IMG/VR virus record: IMGVR_UViG_3300050120_000121
Coordinates: 1-64,000 of that record
Length of the DNA stretch: 64,000 nucleotides
Origin: a virus
Direction: 5' to 3' (one strand)
This document shows positions 44,517 to 55,246 of the stretch, one piece after another (position 1 is the stretch's first letter; each line of letters opens with the position of its first letter). Position numbers and translations under genes: made by a program. The notes below the pieces were generated by a model, which was not told the origin of the DNA, did no database searches, and saw only the letters and a program-made list of their open reading frames with translations.

Positions 44517-44936
44517 ATGGCGGGAGCATATATTGACGACGGCTGCGACATTCCGGGCTATATCAAATCTGGTGAGGAACAGCCCAACGGCGAACGGCTT
44601 TACGGCGATTTGAACTTTGTCTATCGGAGGGCAATTCGACGGGAAACTTTGACACTCGACGGTGAAGTCAAAGTCGCGATGGCCGACGAACTGACCGATC
44701 CGACATGCAAGTTGAAGGCAGAGGATCTGGCCTGCAAGTTCATTGTCAAAAAGGTTTCATCGTGGGATCTGAAGAACGGGAAGGGCGAACCCGTCAAAGT
44801 CTCGTTGGATGCGTTGTATCACCTGCATCCGATCATGTTCGGCAGATTGTACAACATCATTCGCGGATGGAGCACAAGCGATCCTAAGCCAGATACGGCA
44901 CCAGAAATGAGCGATGAGGAACAGGAAAAAAACTGA
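44517..44936 (+). CDS. Tail assembly chaperone (gpG-like)
   Basis: SWDLKNGKGEPV; ends in the slippery site A AAA AAC. Confidence 0.8.
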   Translation: MAGAYIDDGCDIPGYIKSGEEQPNGERLYGDLNFVYRRAIRRETLTLDGEVKVAMADELTDPTCKLKAEDLACKFIVKKVSSWDLKNGKGEPVKVSLDALYHLHPIMFGRLYNIIRGWSTSDPKPDTAPEMSDEEQEKN

Positions 44937-45379
44937 GAGAGGGTCTCTGGCTTCTGCTGGACGACCCGCAATTAGCGAATCGAAGTTGTGCAATCTGCCT
45001 GAAATACAAGTTTGACGAAAAGACGGGATTGCTTCAGTTTGGAACAGATCAGAATCCGGAAGAACGTCTCATCGGATGCGGAGACATCTTCCTTGCACCA
45101 TGCAGAGACATGAGTTTAGATATTCGCGGTCGTAGAAACAGGACTTGCCGAAAAGGAAGTCCTGAGCATCCGAGAACTCTGTCGGAAGCGAATCAGAGAT
45201 GTTATGAACACTACCGCGAATGTAGGGCCGTAGGGCGATTTCCAGATGATCCGATCGTGAGACGAAATGCAGCAATTATTCGAGAAATTGAGGACGAAAT
45301 TGCTTCTAAGCGGGAACGCAAGTTTTGCGAGAAGGTAGACGAATTGGTTCAGGTCGCAGAATTCGCCTTGTTGAAATGA
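44927..45379 (+). CDS. Tail chaperone -1 frameshift extension (gpGT-like)
   Basis: The -1 frame is open from 44930 (KLREGLWLLLDDP...) to the stop at 45379. Confidence 0.75.
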   Translation, partial: KKLREGLWLLLDDPQLANRSCAICLKYKFDEKTGLLQFGTDQNPEERLIGCGDIFLAPCRDMSLDIRGRRNRTCRKGSPEHPRTLSEANQRCYEHYRECRAVGRFPDDPIVRRNAAIIREIEDEIASKRERKFCEKVDELVQVAEFALLK

Positions 45380-45386
45380 GTTGCCG

Positions 45387-47369
45387 ATGTCATCCCAAAC
45401 AATTCGCGATGTTCTAATCCGCGTGGCCATTGAGCAGGGCAACGTCACGCTGAACGTCGACACTGACGAAGCGATGAAAAAAGTCGAAGCGTTGCATTCG
45501 GCGATCACATCGGTCAAAGGTGTCAGCGGTTCAGGATCGTCCCCATTGTCGGGCAATCTTGGCGACATTTTCGGCATTGATCTGCAATCGTCAGGATCTG
45601 GGCTGTCGTCACAGGAAACCGATTGGCTAGCGAAGATCGCACAACAGCCGAACAATCCGAAGCGATCGGGCGGTGGATCTTCGAAACCTCCCAAGAATGA
45701 ATGGTTGGAAGCGGCTGAAAAAGCCGAACAGGAACGTGATGCGTCCCACAAGAAATTCTTGTCACAACAGGTCGCCGACGAAAAAGCCGCACAAGACGAA
45801 TATGACAAGATCGCTCGCGAAGGATTGGCGTCGTATTCCAAGATCATGGAAGAGCGACGAAAAGCCGCCGAACAAGAAAAGGCGATGCGTCGTGAGCAGA
45901 TTGAAGGCACGAAGCAAGTCGCACAAGGATTCCTCTATCTGGCAGCAGCAAGCCAGGCGAATTCCGAGCAAATGGTTCGCGGAATTGTGCAGATTCAAGG
46001 GGCGATGAAAACGCTGGAAGGCGGATTCGCGGCGGGCGGTCCCGTTGGTGTCGCAATCACAGCGATGATCGGCGGAATTCTGGCGTATGACACGATTATC
46101 GAGCATTCGAAATCGTTGAACAAATCGTACTGGGAAGAGATGGCGGCGGATTCCAAACGGGCCGCAAACTTTGTTTCTCAGTCGGCGGTCTTGGGCGGTC
46201 AACAGGCTCAAGAGAGAGTTGCGAATCGAATTGATACTTCAAGTACAGAACATATTGCTGGTCAATCTGTTTGGCAGAGAGCAGTTGAGAAAACAATTCG
46301 CGGCGTCGAAGCCAATCCGGATGAGTATTCTCCTGGAATGATGGGGTTTATTCGTCGAAGAGAAACGAGAAGGCGAGAATCAGACGACAAAACACAAAAC
46401 CTGAGGGGACGAGAAGAATTCCTTGGCGAAGGCATTGGAGGTCTCGACGAAGCTCGCGATGCACTCGAAGAGAGACGGGCAACCGCCCAGCAAGCTCACG
46501 ACAGTGCGATTGATAATCAAGAAACGGCGGAGAAACATGCTCGCGAGAATGCCGGATTCACTTGGATGGAGAGACTGAAGGAAAGTGCGATCTATCAAAC
46601 TGTTACGGGGGGCGGAGAAGTCTACGAAGGCGGTGAAGCTCCCAACAAAGGATCGCAAGATACTGCGGCTGAACAGGCTCGACTTGCCACGATAGAAGCG
46701 ATTAAAAACGCCAAGGAAAAAATCGCCAGTATTAATGCCGAAGACAATTCCATCATTCAGCAGAAAGCACGTCTGGAACAGGAGTTGATCGCAACTCAAA
46801 CCGAGCGATTGAATGTCACAAAGGAACAGAAGCAAGCCGCCTATGAGGAAATGAAAAGCACTCGTGATGCCGCACGAGCAGACGCAATCAATTTCGGTTC
46901 CCAAGACTTCGGTCAGCAAAACAAAGGATTGAGACTCCAAGCCAAACACGAACTGATCGAAAAGCAGAAGGAAGAAAACATTGCGGCCGGTCGTGACGAG
47001 TGGGAGGGGGTCGCGGAATATACGCAGGATGAATTGCGATTCGGATTGAGCAGTGGCGGAATCGAAGGCAAATCGGCTCGTGCTCAAGCGGCCCGTCAAG
47101 CGAAAACAAAAGGTCGGAAGTTCGAAAGCGATGAAGTTGCCGAAGCCGCAAAAACCGAACACGACAGGCTCGATGTTCCGTTAGAGGCGGAAATCAAGAA
47201 AACGGAAGCGTCTATCAAAGATGGTTCCGAATCATTGAAAAACACGGCGAAAAGTGCGGCCAGTATGACGGTATCCGTTCAAGAAATGATAAAAGACACG
47301 AAAGAGATGGAGAATAAAATCAAGGAACTGGAACAACTCTTCAAGTCTCGCCAACAGTTGCGGTGGTAA
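45387..47369 (+). CDS. Tape measure protein
   Basis: About 660 aa, helical, Ala/Glu/Lys-rich, with a hydrophobic GGPVGVAITAMIGG segment; follows the chaperones. Confidence 0.8.
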   Translation: MSSQTIRDVLIRVAIEQGNVTLNVDTDEAMKKVEALHSAITSVKGVSGSGSSPLSGNLGDIFGIDLQSSGSGLSSQETDWLAKIAQQPNNPKRSGGGSSKPPKNEWLEAAEKAEQERDASHKKFLSQQVADEKAAQDEYDKIAREGLASYSKIMEERRKAAEQEKAMRREQIEGTKQVAQGFLYLAAASQANSEQMVRGIVQIQGAMKTLEGGFAAGGPVGVAITAMIGGILAYDTIIEHSKSLNKSYWEEMAADSKRAANFVSQSAVLGGQQAQERVANRIDTSSTEHIAGQSVWQRAVEKTIRGVEANPDEYSPGMMGFIRRRETRRRESDDKTQNLRGREEFLGEGIGGLDEARDALEERRATAQQAHDSAIDNQETAEKHARENAGFTWMERLKESAIYQTVTGGGEVYEGGEAPNKGSQDTAAEQARLATIEAIKNAKEKIASINAEDNSIIQQKARLEQELIATQTERLNVTKEQKQAAYEEMKSTRDAARADAINFGSQDFGQQNKGLRLQAKHELIEKQKEENIAAGRDEWEGVAEYTQDELRFGLSSGGIEGKSARAQAARQAKTKGRKFESDEVAEAAKTEHDRLDVPLEAEIKKTEASIKDGSESLKNTAKSAASMTVSVQEMIKDTKEMENKIKELEQLFKSRQQLRW

Positions 47370-47372
47370 TCC

Positions 47373-48104
47373 ATGCAGTTTCAATACGGGACATATTTTC
47401 ATACGCCGAATTCGGTGTTTTTCAAGGGAATTCAACGCGAATTCGTCCGGGGGAAAACGCAGCGAATCCATCTGGCACGCACACATTGGAATCTAGAAGG
47501 GAAACTGCTCGGAACGTCGATGACCGACATCATGAATCAACTGGAGAATTTGCAGGCGGCATATGCAGTTGATGGCGAAGATGCGGTCATGCTGGACAAC
47601 TTCGGGGCTCCCACTAATTTCATCGTCGATACGAATCAAACGGTAGGCGGTGTTCGAGTCACAAATCCAGTCAGCCACGAGGTTTTAAGCGGTGCTCATG
47701 GCGTAACCTATCTGCGATATTCGGTCGGATTGACATGGGATATCCTTTGGTCTGCGAATACGGATGTTTTGGAGTTTTCGGAAACGCTGGCATTCACGGA
47801 CAATCAAGGCTTGCCATTGCAGATCGAGCGAATCCCGGCAAACGGACTGCCGATCATCCAGAACATCACGCAATCGAGTTTCTTCTATGCCACGCAATCC
47901 GGCAGTATGAAACAGTCGGGACCGAATCCGAATCCGCCGGGTCCAACATTTCCCGGATTGTTTCGGGGAACGCCCGATTCGCATTATGTCTCGCCAACGG
48001 CGATTCAGGCGATACGCGGAGTTCCGTACGAATACGGTATCAACTGGAAATACGAATTCATTTCAATCAGTCCGTTCATAGGCGGCAGCCCCAATTTTAG
48101 ATAG
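47373..48104 (+). CDS. Putative distal tail protein
   Basis: Position after the tape measure gene. Confidence 0.6.
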   Translation: MQFQYGTYFHTPNSVFFKGIQREFVRGKTQRIHLARTHWNLEGKLLGTSMTDIMNQLENLQAAYAVDGEDAVMLDNFGAPTNFIVDTNQTVGGVRVTNPVSHEVLSGAHGVTYLRYSVGLTWDILWSANTDVLEFSETLAFTDNQGLPLQIERIPANGLPIIQNITQSSFFYATQSGSMKQSGPNPNPPGPTFPGLFRGTPDSHYVSPTAIQAIRGVPYEYGINWKYEFISISPFIGGSPNFR

Positions 48105-48112
48105 GACGCATC

Positions 48113-49366
48113 TTGAGTACTAAGCGATGGTTGGGAAACGCCGCAAGCGTCAAGGATCTATGGACAATCGCATTGTCCGGCACAGTAACTTCGCAGACGT
48201 TTTCATTCGTCATGAATGGGAAGACAATCGCATATACGACGACGACTGAAACGATTGCACAGGCTCTGGCAGCTTTTGTGACATTGTGGAATCAGTCAAG
48301 CAATCCCCCTGAATTTGCCGAGTTGACGGCCGTTGGATTGCCGGTTGGTGGACCATTCACGTCCATGACAATTACGCAAGATGTGTCCGGCAGACCGTCT
48401 GCGATGACCGTTGCGACGAGCGGGGGAGCGACGTTCACGGTGACGAATACCGCTCCGGCTACGGGGCCAAATTTCTTCGACAACGCTCAGAATTGGTCTG
48501 GTGGCGTGGCACCGGCGAATTCGGACGTTTTGGTGTTCGATAACGGGGCGGTTCCATTGAAGTACAATCTGTCGACATCACTGACAGGCATCACTCTGCA
48601 AGTGAATCCCGGTTACGGTGGTCAAATCGGATTGCCGCTCATCAATGCCGATGCGACGACGACGTACAACGAATATCGAGCCACAAGCCTGACAACGGTT
48701 GGTGGAACGGTCACAATCAACGCTCCGAATCTGACGCGATGCAATCTGGCGTTTGGAGCGAATACGGCAACAGTTCGTATTCTCGCGACCAGTCAGCAAC
48801 GACCAGATCAGTACACGCCAATTGTGTTGATTACCGGAGGAGACAGTTCGAGCGAATTGGATATGACGTTCGGAGATTGCGGAACGGCCTATTATCAGGG
48901 AACAACCGCCACGTTTACCGCCATTAAAACGGGATATGCGACAAATGCTTTGACTGATGTGAATCTGATTTGCGGTCCTGGATCGACGCTGACGACCGTG
49001 ACGAAAAACGGCGGAAATCTGAACAGCCGAGCCTCTATCACAACGCTGACACAACGTCTCTCAGGTGGAAGTGTAACACTGTCTGATGCGGCGGCGGTAA
49101 CGACGTTGAATGTCCAAGCGGGGACTTGCTTTTTGAATACGACTGGAACCGTGGCAACAGTCAACTTGTATGGACAGGCAATCCTTAACGCTGATGCCGA
49201 TCCGAGAGCGAAAACCATCACGAATTCGATCAACGCTTACTCATCTGGCGTGACCGTCATTGATAATCAGCAGAGCATTAACAGCGGAACATTGTCAATC
49301 GCCTTGAACGGAAACGCCAATTGCATTGTGCAACATGGCAGCGGTTCAACGCTCGTCATGACATGA
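48113..49366 (+). CDS. Beta-helix-like tail structural protein
   Basis: Thr/Gly-rich; NAQNWSGGVAP motif. Confidence 0.6.
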   Translation: MSTKRWLGNAASVKDLWTIALSGTVTSQTFSFVMNGKTIAYTTTTETIAQALAAFVTLWNQSSNPPEFAELTAVGLPVGGPFTSMTITQDVSGRPSAMTVATSGGATFTVTNTAPATGPNFFDNAQNWSGGVAPANSDVLVFDNGAVPLKYNLSTSLTGITLQVNPGYGGQIGLPLINADATTTYNEYRATSLTTVGGTVTINAPNLTRCNLAFGANTATVRILATSQQRPDQYTPIVLITGGDSSSELDMTFGDCGTAYYQGTTATFTAIKTGYATNALTDVNLICGPGSTLTTVTKNGGNLNSRASITTLTQRLSGGSVTLSDAAAVTTLNVQAGTCFLNTTGTVATVNLYGQAILNADADPRAKTITNSINAYSSGVTVIDNQQSINSGTLSIALNGNANCIVQHGSGSTLVMT

Positions 49367-49403
49367 CGCAAATCGTCTTCAATCATCGCAGGGAACGCGG
49401 AAA

Positions 49404-51170
49404 ATGCCGTTGCAGGGACTCGTCACATATCCGGGGATTCAGCAATTTGAGGATTTCACGATCACGGACATCAGCGGGATTTCGCCTTCAATTGGAGTGA
49501 TGACGATATACCCTCAGTACGGATACCCTTCGCTCTATGGCGATCTGACGCTGACATACGACACGAACACGATTGTATTCCCAAATTGTGTGATTGACTC
49601 TGCTAGTTACGAACGGAATTCGGGGGGTCAGATTGTTCGCGTCCGATTCTTCGATGAGCGATGGAAGTGGGAGCGGGCGACAATCACGGGCCGATACAAT
49701 ATCCGAGCCCCTGACAATTTCATTTTGCCAGCACAACAGAAAACTCCACAGCAATTGGCAACACTCTGCTTTCAGGCAATGGGTGTCACGAACTTCGATG
49801 TGTCGGCATTGCCGAACGATGCTCGCCCCGAAGTCGACTGGAATCCAGCCAGACCGGCCGAAGAATTGGCAAAAATCTGCGACGATCTCGGGTGCCGAAT
49901 TGTTCCTCAGCGGTCAACAGGGAAATGGTTCGTCCGCGTAGTTGGCGATGGAGCCAGTCTTCCCGATGGACTTCCGTATCAGGATGCGGGCAACGGAATT
50001 GATCCAAAAGAATTTCCGGACTACATCAAGATCACGACGGCACCGACAAAGTATCAAGTTGCATTGAAATTGGAGCCGGTTGCCAAGGACTTGGATCAAT
50101 CGTGGAAAACGCTTGATGTTGTGAGTTATTCACCGAACTCAGATCCGACGCAAGCCTATGGATTCGGACAAGAACCGAAGGAAATGGCATTGTGTAGCCG
50201 GACAAGAGAATTGCAGCCGGACGGATCGCGGATTAGTCCCCAAGAATTGGCAATTCAAACCGTGTTCCGATGTTGGCGGGTTTATGATACGTCGACCGCA
50301 TCAACCCCAACGCTTCAGATTCCGGGATACACGAAGGGCAACGTCAATCGAAAGCAACTGATTCTGTCCGATGAACTCGTGCAAACATGGGTCGATTATC
50401 TAGGGGCCGAACACGCACGTCCGGCATTGATTTTCGGGTCATTCTTCGATGATTTGACAGATGGATCGGATGGCAATAAACCGCCTGGAACGCGAATTGA
50501 TTATCAAGCAACAGCCTATCGCGATTTGCAAGAGGAACGATCTTCGTTCAGTTTGTCGCTCGATCCGATTGATAATGATCGAACAATTGTGACGACCTCG
50601 CGGCAGATGGTTTTCCAGCAAACGCCGAATTCAACCGGGCAGATCTTTTTCAAGGACGCGACGTTATTTCTGGCGTGTTCTGTTCTTGTCCGAGACGCGA
50701 CGACGTGGCAACCTGTCCGCGTGTCCTACTTGAAACAAATCGGAGCAGGAACGAATCAGAACTTTGTGGCAGAATATGTGAAAGATGAGATTCAGCCGTG
50801 GAGCATCGCTGACTACGATGTCAATGGAAACGCGGTTTCGACATCCAACAATAACGACGAAGTCAAAACACAGTGCCAGTATTATGCGGATGCCATCGCG
50901 AAAACATTCGAAACGGTTCTCAGTTCGACAAGAACGTACATTGGATTGTTTGGAATCGACATGGACGGAGCGATTGAGCAAGTGACCTATCGCATCGGCA
51001 AGCAAGGGGCGGATACAATCGCATCACGCGGGACCGAGCACAATTTTGACATCCCTCCCTATTTGGAACGCAGGCAGCGTGAAGGACGTAAAGACGCTTT
51101 GGAAACGCAACGATTGAAGGATGAGATTCTGCGTCGGCAAATCAAACTACGCGGAAAGTTCAATACATGA
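49404..51170 (+). CDS. Putative tail tip/hub protein
   Basis: Position; hub-like pattern DERWKW...ELAKICDDLGCRIV. Confidence 0.6.
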   Translation: MPLQGLVTYPGIQQFEDFTITDISGISPSIGVMTIYPQYGYPSLYGDLTLTYDTNTIVFPNCVIDSASYERNSGGQIVRVRFFDERWKWERATITGRYNIRAPDNFILPAQQKTPQQLATLCFQAMGVTNFDVSALPNDARPEVDWNPARPAEELAKICDDLGCRIVPQRSTGKWFVRVVGDGASLPDGLPYQDAGNGIDPKEFPDYIKITTAPTKYQVALKLEPVAKDLDQSWKTLDVVSYSPNSDPTQAYGFGQEPKEMALCSRTRELQPDGSRISPQELAIQTVFRCWRVYDTSTASTPTLQIPGYTKGNVNRKQLILSDELVQTWVDYLGAEHARPALIFGSFFDDLTDGSDGNKPPGTRIDYQATAYRDLQEERSSFSLSLDPIDNDRTIVTTSRQMVFQQTPNSTGQIFFKDATLFLACSVLVRDATTWQPVRVSYLKQIGAGTNQNFVAEYVKDEIQPWSIADYDVNGNAVSTSNNNDEVKTQCQYYADAIAKTFETVLSSTRTYIGLFGIDMDGAIEQVTYRIGKQGADTIASRGTEHNFDIPPYLERRQREGRKDALETQRLKDEILRRQIKLRGKFNT

Positions 51171-51832
51171 CAGCTCTCGTACCGCAGATTTCAGTATTCG
51201 TGCAAAACGATAGCGGCATGGATATTCCACCGCGATCAGTTGTAGTTGTGACGTCTGTTGAGATTTCGCCGACAGGACCGGGGCAGGAGTCTCGGGCGAT
51301 TCATCATGTGACGAAATATACAGGACAAGTCGGAAATGTATGTGTCACAGGGAATGTGACGATCGCGGCCGGGAATCAGGGTCGAGCCTACTCCGATTCG
51401 TTTTTATATGTATCAATTGATCCGTCTGTGGCAACTCCAAAAGTCATGGAGCAATGGGGTCCAGTTCCGAATAAGTGGACAATTGGACGCGGCGGAATGG
51501 GGTTTTTCTGTCAAGGATATGCGAGCACCGGAGATACAATCGTCCGAGCGATATTTCTTCGGAAGGATGGGTATTATCTCGGTAAACTGACGGGGTCGCT
51601 CAATGCGGGAACAATGGCAACGCCGACGTCTGGAACATTCAATGTCTGGCATCCAAACCCATCCTCAAGTCCTCCTGGCCAAGGGCTGATCGTCAGCCCG
51701 AATTCCGCGTTGCTCGGATTAACGGCCTACAACTATTCCGCCAGCAATTCCGGATCGACTGGATATGACTGCATCGTGCAGATGTTGCCGACTGGACTGA
51801 CATTCGTCTCTGTGGGATGCGCTGTATCATGA
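51167..51832 (+). CDS. Tail tip-associated protein
   Basis: ATGA overlap; NDSGMDIPP motif. Confidence 0.55.
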   Translation: MTALVPQISVFVQNDSGMDIPPRSVVVVTSVEISPTGPGQESRAIHHVTKYTGQVGNVCVTGNVTIAAGNQGRAYSDSFLYVSIDPSVATPKVMEQWGPVPNKWTIGRGGMGFFCQGYASTGDTIVRAIFLRKDGYYLGKLTGSLNAGTMATPTSGTFNVWHPNPSSSPPGQGLIVSPNSALLGLTAYNYSASNSGSTGYDCIVQMLPTGLTFVSVGCAVS

Positions 51833-53421
51833 TGGCAAGGACAAAAGCTTCATGCTGCCCAACTGGCTATACAACTCGATCGTACGACACGTCTGGAAAC
51901 AAGATTTGGAGCGCGAACTATTTCGGTGGTTCTTCGGCCGGCGCAGTAACCTGTCAAGCCGTAGATGCATCACGAGTCTATGTCGGAGGCTCCAGAATAA
52001 CCGCCAGTGGCACTTCATGGTCGGTCGTCTGCTTCGATATTGTGACTGGGCAATTTCTTTGGAGCCATGATCTCCTGAACGATCTCACTCCAACCGATCC
52101 GTCGCTCGGAATCCCGATTCAGATGCAGATCGACACATCAGGAAATCTTTCTTGCATGCTGTGGCCTGGAGCCTACAACTCGACAACCGCACAAAAACAG
52201 AACTTCGTTGTTCTCGACACGACGGGGGCCACGGTAGCGACCTATCAGTACACTCAACCAACCATCTCCGGGAAACCGATCTATTCCGTGGATTTCACGA
52301 TCAATGGACTCGGCGACTATCATATTGCTGGATCAGCTATCGGACTGACGGATTCCAACGGATTCGTAAACGATTTTCACATGCTGGACTGGGCCAGCGG
52401 GTTTGGCTCATCGCCGACAGACCATCACATCACAGACCTGTCAGGGAGCAACGCGACGGCATCCGGAATCATTGCCGCCTGCATGTTTCGACAAAGTTCA
52501 CACGACTATATCAGCGGGAAGCCACGCCTGGTGCCAGGATCATTCACCAATGGGTCCGCATCTCCACTCTTGTGGTCCGCTCCGTCAATGTGGGGTGGAC
52601 CATCCGGTAATGCAATCGCGACATCATTTTCCAGTTTCTCGCAAAACATTTTTCAGCGAACACTGACCTTGCCAGGCACGGCGATAACCGCGACAGGAAC
52701 GACACAGGGAACGGCCGCAGCACTGACTGCGAATACCGCATACAACATCACGCGATCAACCGGAAATCTTGGTGTCATCCTGCCGTCCGCAAGTGCCGGA
52801 GACCGTGTGTGTACAGCGGTCATGAGTCCGAATTCGTTCGGCACACCAGCGCAGAGAAACATTTACCCGCCGTCTGGCGGCTACCTGATCGCCTCGAACT
52901 TCACGCAGTTGGCTGTGAATACGCCGATCACATACAACGATGGAGACTATTTCGTCTGCATTGGCGGTCTCAACTGGATCCAAATGTTCGATGACGGCGG
53001 CATCATATCGGATCGGATTTCCGTGGACACGTCGGGTAACGTGTTTTCGATCACGCTGACTGACGGAGTCATCGGGAAGTACATTCCGTCTGGCGCGCTC
53101 ATGTGGCGAAAGGGCAAGTTCGCTGCCAACACGATTCAGGATGCTTCAGGCAATACGTATTCCATCGGCAAGCGCTCAGGGCCAACAGGTGCATCTGTGT
53201 GCGCTCGCGATTCCAACGGAGCGTGGCTATGGGGTCATTGGAACATGGGGTCGTGGCTTCTCCACGGAAGCGGTTCGACTGCCGATATGCCACGATCCTG
53301 TGTCGCAATCGAGCCAAGCGGATCAAACATTATCATCAGCGGTTGCGCCGATGAAACCGGATCAGGTGGCCCATGCAATTCGGTAAACGACCTGAACTTC
53401 GTGTCCGATCCGTGGCCGTGA
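51829..53421 (+). CDS. Putative receptor-binding protein with beta-propeller blades
   Basis: Repeated DTSGN/DASGN blades with ..G..LW; internal ATGTTQGTA domain; last tail gene. Confidence 0.6.
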   Translation: MMARTKASCCPTGYTTRSYDTSGNKIWSANYFGGSSAGAVTCQAVDASRVYVGGSRITASGTSWSVVCFDIVTGQFLWSHDLLNDLTPTDPSLGIPIQMQIDTSGNLSCMLWPGAYNSTTAQKQNFVVLDTTGATVATYQYTQPTISGKPIYSVDFTINGLGDYHIAGSAIGLTDSNGFVNDFHMLDWASGFGSSPTDHHITDLSGSNATASGIIAACMFRQSSHDYISGKPRLVPGSFTNGSASPLLWSAPSMWGGPSGNAIATSFSSFSQNIFQRTLTLPGTAITATGTTQGTAAALTANTAYNITRSTGNLGVILPSASAGDRVCTAVMSPNSFGTPAQRNIYPPSGGYLIASNFTQLAVNTPITYNDGDYFVCIGGLNWIQMFDDGGIISDRISVDTSGNVFSITLTDGVIGKYIPSGALMWRKGKFAANTIQDASGNTYSIGKRSGPTGASVCARDSNGAWLWGHWNMGSWLLHGSGSTADMPRSCVAIEPSGSNIIISGCADETGSGGPCNSVNDLNFVSDPWP

Positions 53422-53435
53422 GATCGTCGAAAAAA

Positions 53436-54686
53436 TCACTTACCGGCGACCTCTCCTGTCTCGGCGTACTTGAATGGATCTTGGTACGTCACGCCGCCCC
53501 TGATCGAGTCAGGGTTCACCGAATGCGTCGAGACGGCACCGGTTCGCGTAAATAGCGCGAGGATGGCCTTGTCCCCGCGTTCGTATCCATTCGCAGACGG
53601 ATCGCTCCAAACTCCGTATTCGGGACATGACGACGTAGGGTAACTCGACGGATTCGACCAATACTGCCGATCGCGATCCGCGTCTTTCTGATCTGCAATG
53701 TAAAACTCGATCAATCCCTTCTGCGCCGCTGGTCCCATGATGGCGCCTGATGGCGAAAACAGAATGTCCATCTGCGTGGAGTAATCAAATCCGCTCGGGT
53801 CTGTTGAGAGTGGCGAAAAGATTTTCCACGATGACGGCAGTTTTGATCCGCGATTGCTAGCGAGCGTCGCTGCATTGACCTGTTCGATTGTGTTGACGTA
53901 GGAGGCTGTTCCGGGGCTTCCGATGACTCCCGACGAACGGTCCAAATGAATGACAGAACCCTTTGGGAGTTGAATCATATCGGAACCCGGCAAAACACTG
54001 TTCGGCAGAATGAGTTGATATGTCATCGGTCCGCCGTTCATGAATGCGTTGATTTCTTGCGGATTGTTGTTCGTGGGCGGATTTGGATAGGCTGTCGTCA
54101 GTCGCAATCGCGGAGGATACGTTGGAGTCACGCCAGCAGCGGTTGCATTGGCCAGAAGATCAACAGTCACCGTATACCACAGTCCTGTCGGATCGTTCGG
54201 AATCTTGATCTTTGCTCCGTTGGTCAACAATCCTTCATTCATGAGGTCGACCCATGCGGTAGGGATTGCATCAGGATTCGCAGGATCACCGTCAAAACCT
54301 CGCACGATCCATGCCAGTGGATTTGCCACTCCACCGACCCATTCATCAGATATCCCATTGTTGTCAACATCAATCCGCTCCAGCCGAATCTGACCTTGTG
54401 TCCATGCCGGCGTCTGCTGAATATAAATCATGCTTGACACAGTTCGGCTTGTCTGACCGACAGTTGACGAATCCAGCAAGAATCGCAAACCTCGCGGGGC
54501 TCTGGCGTAAATCGCGCGATCACGCGCACCAGCAAGAGCCGACTGAAGCTGACGAGCCGCCCCGCGAACCTTGTCGTTATTGACCGACAGCTTCACGGCC
54601 GACATCGTGAGTGTCGCCAGGATGAGCATAATAACGACGACGATCAGCAGTTCGACCAGAGTGAATCCAACACGAGTTTTCCGCAC
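53436..54686 (-). CDS. Type IV prepilin-like (GspH/FimT-type) protein
   Basis: GAGGAG RBS and GTG start; class III signal MRKTRVG|FTLVELLIVVVIMLILATL; AARQLQSALAGARDRA. Confidence 0.9.
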   Translation of the reverse strand: MRKTRVGFTLVELLIVVVIMLILATLTMSAVKLSVNNDKVRGAARQLQSALAGARDRAIYARAPRGLRFLLDSSTVGQTSRTVSSMIYIQQTPAWTQGQIRLERIDVDNNGISDEWVGGVANPLAWIVRGFDGDPANPDAIPTAWVDLMNEGLLTNGAKIKIPNDPTGLWYTVTVDLLANATAAGVTPTYPPRLRLTTAYPNPPTNNNPQEINAFMNGGPMTYQLILPNSVLPGSDMIQLPKGSVIHLDRSSGVIGSPGTASYVNTIEQVNAATLASNRGSKLPSSWKIFSPLSTDPSGFDYSTQMDILFSPSGAIMGPAAQKGLIEFYIADQKDADRDRQYWSNPSSYPTSSCPEYGVWSDPSANGYERGDKAILALFTRTGAVSTHSVNPDSIRGGVTYQDPFKYAETGEVAGK

Positions 54687-54773
54687 GATTTGTCTCCTCG
54701 AAAGTGAATGTTTGAACACGAAACATTCTACACAACGGAAAACAGCGGCAACCGGATCAAATTTGCTCCAAAA

Positions 54774-55022
54774 TCACGTCAGATCGACGTTGTACGCTTC
54801 GGACATCAGTTTGACTGACTCGGCAGTCCAGTCGTCATTCGCGTCAATTTGCAGATCGACAGGCTGAACTTTGCATCGTTTCGAATAGCGAGCCTTGCGG
54901 ACAAACGGAATCCAGCTTCGAGCGGCGTTCAACTGTCGCCAAACTCGACCAACGCGAATCCATTGACCGTTCTCAAATGAGAGGATCAGGTAGACGGTGA
55001 TTGTGCGAATCACTGGTAACAT
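54774..55022 (-). CDS. Hypothetical protein
   Basis: Part of the minus-strand overlapping chain. Confidence 0.45.
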   Translation of the reverse strand: MLPVIRTITVYLILSFENGQWIRVGRVWRQLNAARSWIPFVRKARYSKRCKVQPVDLQIDANDDWTAESVKLMSEAYNVDLT

Positions 55023-55246
55023 TTCCAGAATCGGCCGAGGTGAAACGAACCATTCAATATCGACACGGGATTACTCGTCGAGTATTCCGCGATTCGGATC
55101 AACGTTTGGTCGACGATTTCCACGACGAGATATGGATATCCGGGTGATAGAAGATGACCCATGTCGATGTCACATTCATGGAAGTTGAAGCAAACGATCT
55201 CATCGCCGATCGAAATTCCGGTTTCGTCGATCAATTCAAGCATCAT
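55010..55246 (-). CDS. SH3-like hypothetical protein
   Basis: ISIGDEIVC; ATGA overlap. Confidence 0.5.
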   Translation of the reverse strand: MMLELIDETGISIGDEIVCFNFHECDIDMGHLLSPGYPYLVVEIVDQTLIRIAEYSTSNPVSILNGSFHLGRFWKCYQ

